NCBI GenBank assembly: GCA_000372785.1
Contig: KB889769.1
Location: forward strand, 27,153 to 91,152
Origin: a gamma proteobacterium SCGC AB-629-P17
Lineage (GTDB): Bacteria; Pseudomonadota; Gammaproteobacteria; PS1; Pseudothioglobaceae
Reading direction: 5' to 3'
DNA: 64,000 nucleotides
The notes below the pieces were generated by a model. That model saw nothing but the letters and a program-made list of their open reading frames with translations. It had not been told where the DNA came from and ran no database searches. The position numbers were made by a program, and so were the translations under genes. Positions 21,801 through 31,608 of the stretch are shown here, piece after piece (position 1 is the stretch's first letter; every line of letters begins with the position of its first letter).

Positions 21801-21956
21801 TTATTACTACCTTTTGTATAAATTTTTTAGTACTGATGTTATACCAGACGAAACATTATGATGTTATCGGTATTTATAATTGACCTGTGTTAATTATATT
21901 CAAGACATTGAAATATATAATCTCACATTGGTTTATTGAAAACTATTGAATAAACA

Positions 21957-21999
21957 TTTTTTTTTTTTTTTTTTTGCGTTTTTAGTAGTTTAAAACGCA
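21957..21999. repeat. T19 homopolymer abutting an 8-bp stem-loop (TGCGTTTT-N9-AAAACGCA)
   Basis: T run 21957-21975; stem arms 21975-21982 and 21992-21999; in the divergent galU/gmd intergenic region. Confidence 0.9.
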
Positions 22000-22089
22000 T
22001 AAGTTGATTATTACTGTTGATTTCTAAAATAGAGTTTTAAGTGAGATAGCTATTGTAAAATTAGCACTGAATAACATTATAAATTAAAT

Positions 22090-23178
22090 ATGGCAAATAA
22101 TAAAGTAGCATTAATTACAGGCATAACAGGACAAGATGGCGCCTATCTAGCAGAGTTTTTGTTGGATAAGGGATATGAAGTTCACGGCATAAAACGCCGT
22201 TCATCATCATTTAATACTGATCGTATTGATCATTTGTACCAAGACCCCCATGAGACTGATCTCAAGCTTGTACTGCATTATGGTGACTTAGCAGACTCTA
22301 TGAGTTTAGTACGTATTATTCAAGAGATTCGTCCTGATGAAATCTACAATTTGGGTGCACAATCTCACGTTGCTGTATCGTTTGAGACTCCTGAGTACAC
22401 AGCTGACACAGTAGGCTTGGGTGCGCTTCGTGTGCTTGAAGCTATTCGTATTTCAGGTCTTGAGAAAAAGACTCGTTATTACCAAGCATCTACTTCAGAG
22501 TTATACGGTAAAGCGCAAGAGGTCCCACAAAAAGAAACCACCCCTTTTTCCCCACGCTCTCCTTATGCAGCAGCCAAGCTTTATGCTTATTGGATTACGG
22601 TTAACTATCGTGAAGCCTACGGCATGTATGCTTGTAACGGCATCTTATTTAATCACGAATCACCAGTACGTGGTGAGACCTTTGTTACCCGTAAGATTAC
22701 TAGAGCATTAGCTCGTATCTCACTTGGTCTACAAGATACACTGTATCTAGGTAATATGGATGCTAAGCGTGACTGGGGCCATGCTAAAGACTACGTTGAA
22801 ATGCAATGGCTTATGCTACAACAAGATGAGCCGGATGATTTTTGTATTGCTACAGGAGTACAGTGTTCAGTACGTGAATTTGTAAACTTTGCTTGGGGCC
22901 AACTAGGCAAAACTATCCGTTGGGAAGGTGAAGGTATGGATGAGAAAGGTTACGATACTGAAACTGGTAACTTAATCGTTGCAGTTGACTCGCGTTACTT
23001 CCGTCCAACAGAAGTAGAAATATTATTAGGTGATCCATCTAAGGCTAAGGAAAAACTAGGATGGGAGCCCAAGACTACCCTAGAAGAAATAGTGCATGAG
23101 ATGATGGAAAATGACATCAATATTGCCAAGCGTGATACTTTCGTAAAAGAGCACGGTTTCAAACCCTCCAGACTTTGA
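22090..23178 (+). CDS. gmd: GDP-mannose 4,6-dehydratase
   Basis: [51 protein letters not shown]. Confidence 0.97.
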   Translation: MANNKVALITGITGQDGAYLAEFLLDKGYEVHGIKRRSSSFNTDRIDHLYQDPHETDLKLVLHYGDLADSMSLVRIIQEIRPDEIYNLGAQSHVAVSFETPEYTADTVGLGALRVLEAIRISGLEKKTRYYQASTSELYGKAQEVPQKETTPFSPRSPYAAAKLYAYWITVNYREAYGMYACNGILFNHESPVRGETFVTRKITRALARISLGLQDTLYLGNMDAKRDWGHAKDYVEMQWLMLQQDEPDDFCIATGVQCSVREFVNFAWGQLGKTIRWEGEGMDEKGYDTETGNLIVAVDSRYFRPTEVEILLGDPSKAKEKLGWEPKTTLEEIVHEMMENDINIAKRDTFVKEHGFKPSRL

Positions 23179-23195
23179 AGAGTAATTAATTTTTC

Positions 23196-24155
23196 ATGAA
23201 TCTTGAGGATAAAATCTATATTGCAGGACATAGTGGCTTAGTAGGATCCGCTATTGTTAGGCAATTAGAGTCAAGAGGTTTTAGTAATCTCATTATGCGT
23301 ACACATAATGACTTAGATTTAACCAGTCAAGCTGATGTGCAAAACTTCCTCAAACAAGAAAAGCCTGATTACGTTATTTTAGCTGCAGGAAAAGTAGGTG
23401 GTATTTATGCTAATAATATTTATCCAGCAGATTTTATCTATAACAACATGATGATAGAGGCTAATGTTATTAACTCAGCTTATGAAAACAAGGTTAAACG
23501 CTTACTATTTTTAGGTAGCACTTGTGTTTACCCTAAATCAGTAGAACAACCTATGCGAGAAGAGGCAATTCTCACAGATGTATTGGAGCCAACTAATGAA
23601 CCTTATGCACTAGCAAAGATTGCAGGCATTAAACTATGTGAGTCTTACAACCGTCAACACGATACTGATTTTAGGTCAGTAATGCCGACCAATCTTTACG
23701 GTATTAATGACAACTTCCATCCAGAGAACTCACATGTTATTCCAGCACTGATGCTAAGGTTCCATCAGGCAAAAGTTAATAATAATGAGGAGGTTGTTGT
23801 GTGGGGCACAGGCAAAGCCATGCGCGAATTCATGTATGTAGATGACATGGCAGAAGCATCTTTATTTGTATTAGAGCTAGATAAGGAAACCTATAAAACC
23901 AACACCAAACCAATGTTGTCACATATTAATGTTGGTACAGGGCTGGATGTGACTATTAGTGAAATGGCAGAAACCATGAAGAAAGTAGTTGGATTTGAAG
24001 GGGCGCTTACTTTTGATACAAGCAAACCTGATGGGACACCAAGAAAACTTATTGATATATCTCGCTTATCTAACTTAGGTTGGAATTACAGTATAAATCT
24101 TGAAGACGGCCTTAGAAAAACTTACAAGTGGTATTTGACTGAGAGAAATAAATGA
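23196..24155 (+). CDS. fcl: GDP-L-fucose synthase
   Basis: [35 protein letters not shown]. Confidence 0.95.
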   Translation: MNLEDKIYIAGHSGLVGSAIVRQLESRGFSNLIMRTHNDLDLTSQADVQNFLKQEKPDYVILAAGKVGGIYANNIYPADFIYNNMMIEANVINSAYENKVKRLLFLGSTCVYPKSVEQPMREEAILTDVLEPTNEPYALAKIAGIKLCESYNRQHDTDFRSVMPTNLYGINDNFHPENSHVIPALMLRFHQAKVNNNEEVVVWGTGKAMREFMYVDDMAEASLFVLELDKETYKTNTKPMLSHINVGTGLDVTISEMAETMKKVVGFEGALTFDTSKPDGTPRKLIDISRLSNLGWNYSINLEDGLRKTYKWYLTERNK

Positions 24156-25162
24156 AAGTATTAGTAACAGGTGCTGCCGGATTTATTGGCTCTGCCCTTT
24201 CAATCAGACTGTTAGATAGAGGGTACAAGGTTTTTGGCATTGATAATCACAGTGATTATTATGACCCCAAACTTAAAGAAGCGCGATTAGCTCGTCATGC
24301 GGAACATCCTAACTATCACCATTTCCTTATGGATATTGAAGATGGAAAAGCTGTCAAAGAACTATTTAAGGAACATCAGTTTGAAGGCGTAGTAAATTTA
24401 GCAGCACAAGCAGGTGTTCGTTATTCTATTGAAAATCCACTCGCCTACATTAATACTAATATAGTCGGTTTTGGACACATTCTTGAGGGCTGTCGACATA
24501 ATAATGTTGGCCATCTTGTTTACGCCTCATCCAGTTCAGTCTATGGCTCTAATACCAAAATGCCTTTTTCAGTCCATGATAATATTGATCATCCTATGAG
24601 TCTTTATGCAGCGAGCAAGAAGGCCAATGAACTGATGGCCCATACCTACAGCCATTTGTACGACTTGCCGACAACAGGCTTACGATTTTTCACTGTTTAT
24701 GGCCCCTGGGGCCGACCAGACATGGCACTATTCAAGTTCACAAGAGCAATGTTGGCGGGTGAAAAAATCCAAGTTTTTAATTATGGCAAACATAGCAGAG
24801 ACTTTACTTACGTTGATGATATTGTTGAAGGCGTTGTTCGTGTCTTGGATAAACCAGCGAAACCAAACCCGCATTGGAATGGCAATAATCCGGATCCCGC
24901 TACTTCTAAAGCGCCTTGGCGTGTATATAATATCGGCAACAACAATCCAGTAGAATTAATGGACTATATTGAAGCGCTAGAAAACTCTCTCGGTATTAAA
25001 GCAGAAAAAGAGTTGCTTCCATTGCAACCTGGTGACGTACCAGATACTTATGCAGATGTTGATGATTTAGTTGAAGAATTTGACTATAAGCCTTTAATGA
25101 ATGTCAAGCAAGGTGTTGAGAATTTTGTGGTTTGGTATATGGAATATAACAAAATTAAATAA
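24152..25162 (+). CDS. UDP-glucuronate 4-epimerase-like NAD-dependent epimerase (Uge/CapI type)
   Basis: [39 protein letters not shown]. Confidence 0.9.
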   Translation: MKVLVTGAAGFIGSALSIRLLDRGYKVFGIDNHSDYYDPKLKEARLARHAEHPNYHHFLMDIEDGKAVKELFKEHQFEGVVNLAAQAGVRYSIENPLAYINTNIVGFGHILEGCRHNNVGHLVYASSSSVYGSNTKMPFSVHDNIDHPMSLYAASKKANELMAHTYSHLYDLPTTGLRFFTVYGPWGRPDMALFKFTRAMLAGEKIQVFNYGKHSRDFTYVDDIVEGVVRVLDKPAKPNPHWNGNNPDPATSKAPWRVYNIGNNNPVELMDYIEALENSLGIKAEKELLPLQPGDVPDTYADVDDLVEEFDYKPLMNVKQGVENFVVWYMEYNKIK

Positions 25163-25165
25163 AGT

Positions 25166-26434
25166 ATGAATAACAAAAAAATTGCCCTAATTGGCTTAGG
25201 TTATGTGGGCCTGCCTCTTGCAATTGAGTTTGGTAAAAAACGCAAGGTTGTTGGTTTTGATATTGATCGATATAGAATTAACGAACTTAAAAATGGTACC
25301 GACTCAACGCTTGAAACAACACCACATGAGCTTGCAGATGCAGTTCACCTAAGCTATACAACTAATATAGATGATATTAAAGATTGCAATATTTTTATTG
25401 TGACTGTCCCAACCCCAATCGATAAGCATAAAAGACCCGATCTCACCCCTTTAGAAAAATCAAGCGAAGCAATAGGCTCAATCCTTAAAAAAGGCGATAT
25501 TGTTATTTATGAATCAACCGTATATCCAGGAGCTACTGAAGAGGTATGTGTACCGATTCTTGAGCAACAATCAGGCTTAACCTTTAACCAAGACTTTTAC
25601 TGTGGATACTCTCCTGAACGAATTAACCCAGGAGATAAAAACCACCGACTTCCAAACATCAAAAAAGTGACTGCCGGCTCCACCACAGAGATTGCCACTG
25701 AGATTGATGAGCTGTATCAAGAGATCATTGTAGCTGGTACACATAAAGCAATTAGTATTAAAGTCGCAGAAGCTGCAAAAGTGATTGAGAATACTCAGCG
25801 TGATGTGAACATTGCACTTATTAATGAGCTATCCATCATTTTTAATAAATTAGATATTGAAACCGAATCAGTATTAGAAGCAGCAGGCACTAAGTGGAAC
25901 TTCTTACCTTTTAGGCCAGGACTCGTAGGTGGACACTGCATTGGTGTGGATCCATATTACCTCACCCAGAAAGCAATTGAAGTCGGCTACAACCCAAAAA
26001 TGATCCTAGCTGGCAGAAAACTCAACGACAGCATGGGTGCATACATCGTAGACCAAGTCACAAAGCTTATGACTAAAAAACGGATCCATGTCGTAGATGC
26101 TAACATTCTCATTATGGGACTAACATTCAAAGAGAACTGCCCCGACCTACGTAACAGCCGAGTTGTCGATCTAGTACAAGCGTTCGAAAGCTGCAACTGC
26201 AAGGTAGATATCTACGATCCCTGGGTAGATAAATATAAGGCACAACAAGAATACAACATCCAACCCATAGATGCCCCAGAAAATGGAAAATACGATGCCA
26301 TCATACTAGCAGTCGCACACAATGAATTCAAAGAGCTATCCTTAGAACAAATTATAGCATTAGGCAAACAAAACCACATACTATACGATGTAAAATACCT
26401 GCTAAAACCAGAAGAAGTAGATGGCAGACTATAA
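25166..26434 (+). CDS. UDP-N-acetylhexosamine 6-dehydrogenase (WbpO/TviB family)
   Basis: [49 protein letters not shown]. Confidence 0.92.
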   Translation: MNNKKIALIGLGYVGLPLAIEFGKKRKVVGFDIDRYRINELKNGTDSTLETTPHELADAVHLSYTTNIDDIKDCNIFIVTVPTPIDKHKRPDLTPLEKSSEAIGSILKKGDIVIYESTVYPGATEEVCVPILEQQSGLTFNQDFYCGYSPERINPGDKNHRLPNIKKVTAGSTTEIATEIDELYQEIIVAGTHKAISIKVAEAAKVIENTQRDVNIALINELSIIFNKLDIETESVLEAAGTKWNFLPFRPGLVGGHCIGVDPYYLTQKAIEVGYNPKMILAGRKLNDSMGAYIVDQVTKLMTKKRIHVVDANILIMGLTFKENCPDLRNSRVVDLVQAFESCNCKVDIYDPWVDKYKAQQEYNIQPIDAPENGKYDAIILAVAHNEFKELSLEQIIALGKQNHILYDVKYLLKPEEVDGRL

Positions 26435-26455
26435 AATAAAAAACCCTTTTAACTA

Positions 26456-27676
26456 ATGAATATAACAATAGCCGGAACTGGCTATGTAGGTCTCTCAAAT
26501 GCAGTCCTGCTAGCCCAACACAACCAAGTTATAGCACTCGATATCAACCCTGAGATAGTCGACAAAATAAACCTCAGAGAATCTCCTATCGAAGATGCAG
26601 AGATAGAAAATTTCCTAAAAAACAGAAAGATCAACCTCAAAGCAACCTTAAACAAGCAGGAAGCCTACAAAAATGCAGACTTCGTTATAATCGCCACTCC
26701 AACTGACTATGACACAGAGACCAACTACTTCAACACCAGCTCAATCGAATCTGTGATAAAAGATGTATTAGAGATCAATCCAAAAGCAGTAATGGTCATC
26801 AAGTCCACAGTACCTGTAGGCTATACAGCAAGCTTTAAAACTGATGAATGCAAACTAAAAACTGACAAACTAATCTTCTCCCCAGAGTTCCTGCGTGAAG
26901 GCAAAGCCCTCTACGATAACCTCCACCCATCCCGAATAATCGTAGGCGAACAGAGTGAGAGAGCAGAACAGTTTGCTAACCTGCTAGTAGAGGGAGCAGA
27001 GAAAGAGAATATTGATATACTCTTCACCAATTCAACCGAAGCGGAGGCAATCAAACTCTTCTCCAACACCTACCTCGCGATGCGTATAGCCTACTTTAAC
27101 GAACTCGATACCTACGCAGAGGTTCACGAACTTGATACCAAACACATCATCAATGGTGTCGGATTAGACTCTCGCATCGGCAACCACTACAATAACCCAT
27201 CTTTCGGCTACGGCGGCTACTGCCTACCAAAAGATACCAGGCAGCTGCGTGCCAACTATCAAAATGTCCCAAGCAACCTCATCCAGGCCATCGTAGATGC
27301 TAACTCAACCAGAAAAGATTTCATCGCTGAACAAGTAATAAAAAAGCTAACAAACAGTTTAAAAAGCAACATTCACAGCGCAACACTACTAACAGGCACC
27401 GTTGGCATCTACCGCTTGATCATGAAAAGCGGCTCCGACAACTTCCGAGACTCATCCATTCAAGGAATAATGAAACGGATCAAAGCAAAAGGAATTAAAG
27501 TGGTGGTCTACGAACCAGCACTAAAAGAGAAAGAGTTCTTCCACTCACAGGTCATTAAAGACCTAGGAGAGTTTAAAAAGATCTCAAATGTCATCGTCGC
27601 CAATCGTCCTTCAGAGGCAATTAGTGATGTGAAGGATAAAGTGATTACTCGTGATCTATTCGGGAGTGATACATGA
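26456..27676 (+). CDS. ugd: UDP-glucose 6-dehydrogenase
   Basis: [37 protein letters not shown]. Confidence 0.96.
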   Translation: MNITIAGTGYVGLSNAVLLAQHNQVIALDINPEIVDKINLRESPIEDAEIENFLKNRKINLKATLNKQEAYKNADFVIIATPTDYDTETNYFNTSSIESVIKDVLEINPKAVMVIKSTVPVGYTASFKTDECKLKTDKLIFSPEFLREGKALYDNLHPSRIIVGEQSERAEQFANLLVEGAEKENIDILFTNSTEAEAIKLFSNTYLAMRIAYFNELDTYAEVHELDTKHIINGVGLDSRIGNHYNNPSFGYGGYCLPKDTRQLRANYQNVPSNLIQAIVDANSTRKDFIAEQVIKKLTNSLKSNIHSATLLTGTVGIYRLIMKSGSDNFRDSSIQGIMKRIKAKGIKVVVYEPALKEKEFFHSQVIKDLGEFKKISNVIVANRPSEAISDVKDKVITRDLFGSDT

Positions 27677-27763
27677 CGAAAATAATTTGTTATCTACTGT
27701 GTTTCTTATTTACCTATTGATATTATATATAATGTATTTTAAATTCCAATATGAACTATAAAT

Positions 27764-27814
27764 ATGAAAAATTGGTATTTGATTAAAATTATACCTAGAC
27801 AGGAAAAAATATAA
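27764..27814 (+). pseudogene. Relic of RfaH/NusG-family antiterminator N-terminus
   Basis: ATG...TAA reads MKNWYLIKIIPRQEKI*, matching the NGN-domain start pattern M..WYL...KP.QE..A. Confidence 0.6.
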
Positions 27815-27839
27815 AAAAACTAAAAAGGTTAAATCTGGC

Positions 27840-27881
27840 GACAAGGTGATTACTAGTAATCTATTTGGGAGTGATGAATGA
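27840..27881 (+). pseudogene. Relic 3' end of a second ugd copy
   Basis: 35/42 nt identical to ugd 27635-27676 (DKVITSNLFGSDE* vs [13 protein letters not shown]); its TGA overlaps the next ATG. Confidence 0.85.
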
Positions 27882-28735
27882 AAAAAATAATTTTGGTAAC
27901 TGGAGGAGCTGGCTTTATTGGTAGTCACCTGTGTGATAAATTAGCACAAGATAAAAACAATCAAGTTTATTCACTCGATAATTACACAACTGGAAGTGTT
28001 GATAATCATGTAGAAAATGTTGAATATATTAACGGTTCAACAGTTGATATAGAGTCATTAGTAAGCTTTGTCCCTGAATTAATTTATCATTTAGGAGAGT
28101 ATTCTAGGGTAGAGCAGAGTTTTGAAGATATTGAAGAAGTGTGGAGATCTAATAAAAATGGTATTTTTTCAATATTAGAATTTACAAGAAAAACAGGCAC
28201 AAAGCTTGTTTACGCTGGAAGTAGTACAAAATTTGGAGATGGTGGTCTAGGTAGAAGTCAAAGTCCTTATGCTTGGGCAAAAGCCACTAACACAGAGTTA
28301 GTGGCAAACTATGGAAATTGGTTTAATATACCGTTTGCTATTACATATTTTTATAATGTATATGGTGAAAGAGAAATATCAACTGGTAAATATGCAACAC
28401 TGATAGCAATATTTTTAGATAAAAGAAAAAATAATAAAAAGCTTACAGTTGTAAGTCCAGGAACACAAAGAAGAAACTTTACCCATATAAGTGACATTAT
28501 AAGTGGATTGATTTTAATAGGTGAAAATGGATATGGAGATGACTTTGGTATAGGGAGTCAAGAGTCATATACAATATTAGAAGTTGCTGAAATGTTTGGT
28601 GGTGAAATCGTCATGCTTCCAGAAAGAAAAGGTAATAGAATGGTCGCAGATGTTGTGATTGAAAAAACAGTTAAATTGGGATGGTCACCAAAAGAATCAT
28701 TAAAAGATTATATAAGGATGGTAAATGGGATTTAA
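27878..28735 (+). CDS. NAD-dependent nucleotide-sugar epimerase/dehydratase
   Basis: TGGAGFIGSH, YAWAK (YxxxK), YFYNVYG, RNFTHI. Confidence 0.85.
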   Translation: MKKIILVTGGAGFIGSHLCDKLAQDKNNQVYSLDNYTTGSVDNHVENVEYINGSTVDIESLVSFVPELIYHLGEYSRVEQSFEDIEEVWRSNKNGIFSILEFTRKTGTKLVYAGSSTKFGDGGLGRSQSPYAWAKATNTELVANYGNWFNIPFAITYFYNVYGEREISTGKYATLIAIFLDKRKNNKKLTVVSPGTQRRNFTHISDIISGLILIGENGYGDDFGIGSQESYTILEVAEMFGGEIVMLPERKGNRMVADVVIEKTVKLGWSPKESLKDYIRMVNGI

Positions 28736-29609
28736 GTTTGATTACAAAGTACCGAAAGTTATAGCAGAAATAGGCTGTAACCATATGGGTCAAATGGATA
28801 TTGCGAAAGAACTAATTGATCTAGCAAAGGAGGCCGGGGTTAAATATGTAAAATTCCAAAAAAGAAAAAACAAAGAGCTTTTAACTGAAGAGCAGTACAA
28901 TACTCCACATCCCGTAGTTGAAAATTCTTATGGTGATTCTTATGGTGCACATAGAGAATATTTGGAGTTTAATATAGATCAAAATAAAGAGCTAAAAGAG
29001 TATTGCGACAGTATAGGGATGGTTTATAGCACATCTGTATGGGATGTGACAAGTGCAAAAGAGATGATATCTTTTGAGCCAGAGTTTTTGAAAGTACCAT
29101 CTGCCTGTAATAATAATTTTGAAATGTTAAAGGTTCTTAGAGATGAATTCAAAGGAAAAGTTCAGCTCTCAATTGGTATGACAAGTAAAATTGAAGTTGA
29201 AGAAATAGTAAATTTTTTTGAAGAAACAAATCAAGCAAAAAGAAGACTTGTAATATATTCATGTACATCAGGGTACCCAGTGCCGGCAAAAGATGTTGCT
29301 CTTTTAGAGATAAATTGGCTATACGAGAACTATGAGTCAAGAGTATATGAAATGGGTTTTTCAGGACATCATCTTGGTGTAGCACTTGATATTGCTGCAT
29401 ATACTTTGGGTGCTAGATGGATAGAGAGACATTTTACAAAAGATAGAACATGGAAGGGTACGGACCATGCTGCATCACTTGAACCTCAAGGACTAAAAAA
29501 ACTGGTAAGAGATTTAACTGCATCTTATCAGTCACTTCAATTTAAAAACAGTGAAATACTTCCAATAGAACAAGTCCAAAGAGATAAGCTTAAAAATAAA
29601 AAAATATAG
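28725..29609 (+). CDS. Short NeuB-family synthase without C-terminal SAF/AFP domain (KDN-9-P synthase-like)
   Basis: IAEIGCNHMG, KFQKR, GFSGHH, IERHFT..RTWKGTDHAASLEP; 294 aa, ends before the SAF domain. Confidence 0.85.
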   Translation: MGFKFDYKVPKVIAEIGCNHMGQMDIAKELIDLAKEAGVKYVKFQKRKNKELLTEEQYNTPHPVVENSYGDSYGAHREYLEFNIDQNKELKEYCDSIGMVYSTSVWDVTSAKEMISFEPEFLKVPSACNNNFEMLKVLRDEFKGKVQLSIGMTSKIEVEEIVNFFEETNQAKRRLVIYSCTSGYPVPAKDVALLEINWLYENYESRVYEMGFSGHHLGVALDIAAYTLGARWIERHFTKDRTWKGTDHAASLEPQGLKKLVRDLTASYQSLQFKNSEILPIEQVQRDKLKNKKI

Positions 29610-29624
29610 GGATATTCTATTACA

Positions 29625-30317
29625 ATGAGTGAAGTTAGATACTATAAGAATATAAAAATGGGAGCTGATGAGAAATTACATCAGAGAGTTTTTAATGAAT
29701 TTAATCAATTAGCAGCCAATAAAAATGTTTCTATATTAATTTTAGCTTCTGGACATGCTGCGCTTGAACAAAGGTTGATTGATAATGGTTTTTTAAATAT
29801 ACTGTCTACTGACATTGTAGATAATTATAAAGCTGACAATAAAAATTTAATTATTAAAGACTTAAATAAAAATTTTGAAGATATTAAAGGTAGTTTTGAT
29901 TATATTTTTGCAATTGAAATCATAGAGCATTTAGAGAATCAATTTCATTTTGTAAGGAATGTTGAGAAACTAATGAATTCTAGTACAGTATTATTTATTA
30001 CTACACCAAATATAAATAGGAAATCATTAAGACTAAGGTTTTTATTGAAGAATGAAATAGAATTTTTTACCGAGAAAGATCTACATGGAAGTGGACATAT
30101 TAATATAATTCAAGACCATGTCTTTAAACATAACTTAGAATTATCAAAATTAACAGTGTCTAGAGAGACGCATAATAGAAGTTACTTTTCAAAATCTGAT
30201 TTTAAAAGTAATGGTATTAGGTTCAAAGTTTTTTTTTTGCTTTATAAATTAATTTCTGGTTTTATTCCAGGCAGAGATAAAGTAGAAAAAATATATATTA
30301 TTAAAAAGTATAGATGA
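29625..30317 (+). CDS. Class I SAM-dependent methyltransferase
   Basis: ILASGHA (degenerate motif I), FDYIFAIEIIEHL, ITTPN. Confidence 0.75.
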   Translation: MSEVRYYKNIKMGADEKLHQRVFNEFNQLAANKNVSILILASGHAALEQRLIDNGFLNILSTDIVDNYKADNKNLIIKDLNKNFEDIKGSFDYIFAIEIIEHLENQFHFVRNVEKLMNSSTVLFITTPNINRKSLRLRFLLKNEIEFFTEKDLHGSGHINIIQDHVFKHNLELSKLTVSRETHNRSYFSKSDFKSNGIRFKVFFLLYKLISGFIPGRDKVEKIYIIKKYR

Positions 30318-30448
30318 TTCCATATAACTTTGAAGATGGTATATTTGATTATAAAAAATTATCTATCATGTTAAGGCAGTATTGGTTAGGTCTAAAAGCC
30401 CAAAAACTAGCAATGTTTAATTTGATACCTATCCTGGTTAAGAGATAA
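30314..30448 (+). CDS. 44-aa small ORF (MIPYNFEDG...LVKR), hypothetical or gene remnant
   Basis: ATGA overlap with the upstream stop; ends 2 nt before the next ATG; exactly fills the gap. Confidence 0.35.
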   Translation: MIPYNFEDGIFDYKKLSIMLRQYWLGLKAQKLAMFNLIPILVKR

Positions 30449-30450
30449 CT

Positions 30451-31608
30451 ATGAATATAGCTCTTATTCCTGCAAGATGTGGAAGCAAATCTATTCCGTT
30501 TAAAAATATAAAAAATTTCTGTGGAAAGCCTTTGATTTATTGGTCTCTATTAGCGGCGCAAAAATCAAATCAAATTGATGAAATATATGTTGCTACTGAT
30601 TGTGAAGAAATTCGATTGGCTGTAAATAGTTTTGGATTTTCTAAAGTACAAGTTTATGATAGAGAGGCTGAAAATGCTAATGATATTGCAACCACAGAGT
30701 CCATCATGCTTGAATTTATTTATAAAAATAATTTTGATGATAAAGATTTATTACTACTTATTCAAGCAACATCACCACTTACACAAACTAAAGACTTCGA
30801 CAAAGCATTGGAAAAATTGAAAATTGAAAAATCTGATTCACTTCTAACATGTGTAAGGACTAAAAGGTTTTTTTGGAATAATGATACTACACCATTAAAT
30901 TATGATTTCAATAATCGACCTAGAAGGCAAGACTTTGATGGAACGTTTATGGAGAATGGAGCTTTTTATATTAACTCTATTGGAAATATAAAAAAATATC
31001 AAAATAGATTAAGCGGGAAAATAGCAATATATGAGATGGATGAATATACATCTATAGAGATAGATGAGGAAGATGATTGGATTTTAAAAGAACAGCTTAT
31101 GAAGCGATATTTTCTGCCGAATAAAAAAAAGCAAAAAATCAAACTATTTTTGACAGATGTAGATGGAACTCTAACTGACGCAGGTATGTATTATGGAGAA
31201 AATGGTGAAGAACTTAAAAAATTTAATACACATGATGGTAAAGGGTTTGAACTCTTAAGGAAAAGTGGGATTAAATCAGGAATTATTACTTCTGAAAAAA
31301 CCAAAATAGTAGAAAATCGTGCAAACAAATTGAATGTAGATTATCTTTATCAAGGGATAGAAAATAACGGCAAGCTTTTAATTGCCAAGGAGTTATGTAA
31401 AAAAGAGAAAATTAGTTTAAGTGAAGTTGCATATATAGGCGACGATATAAATTGCAAAGAAATTCTTAGTAGTGTAGGCATTAGTGGATGTCCAGCAAAT
31501 GCACTAGAAGAAATTAAATCAATCAATAATATAATTCAATTGAATCAAACTGGAGGAAATGGTGCGGTAAGAGAGTTTATTAACCTAATCTTAAAAGAGT
31601 ATTCTTAA
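30451..31608 (+). CDS. Acylneuraminate cytidylyltransferase fused to KdsC-type HAD phosphatase
   Basis: IPARCGSKSIPFKN, QATSPL, PRRQD, EID; C-terminal TDVDGTLTD and YIGDDIND-like motifs. Confidence 0.92.
   Translation: MNIALIPARCGSKSIPFKNIKNFCGKPLIYWSLLAAQKSNQIDEIYVATDCEEIRLAVNSFGFSKVQVYDREAENANDIATTESIMLEFIYKNNFDDKDLLLLIQATSPLTQTKDFDKALEKLKIEKSDSLLTCVRTKRFFWNNDTTPLNYDFNNRPRRQDFDGTFMENGAFYINSIGNIKKYQNRLSGKIAIYEMDEYTSIEIDEEDDWILKEQLMKRYFLPNKKKQKIKLFLTDVDGTLTDAGMYYGENGEELKKFNTHDGKGFELLRKSGIKSGIITSEKTKIVENRANKLNVDYLYQGIENNGKLLIAKELCKKEKISLSEVAYIGDDINCKEILSSVGISGCPANALEEIKSINNIIQLNQTGGNGAVREFINLILKEYS

Noticed and set aside
21957-21999. Hairpin plus T-run as intrinsic terminator
   Set aside because: T-run precedes the stem on plus and is an A-run after the stem on minus; region is between divergent genes
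27710-27928. 72-aa minus-strand ORF in the track
   Set aside because: Antisense to the rfaH/ugd relics and the epimerase start; no recognisable motif
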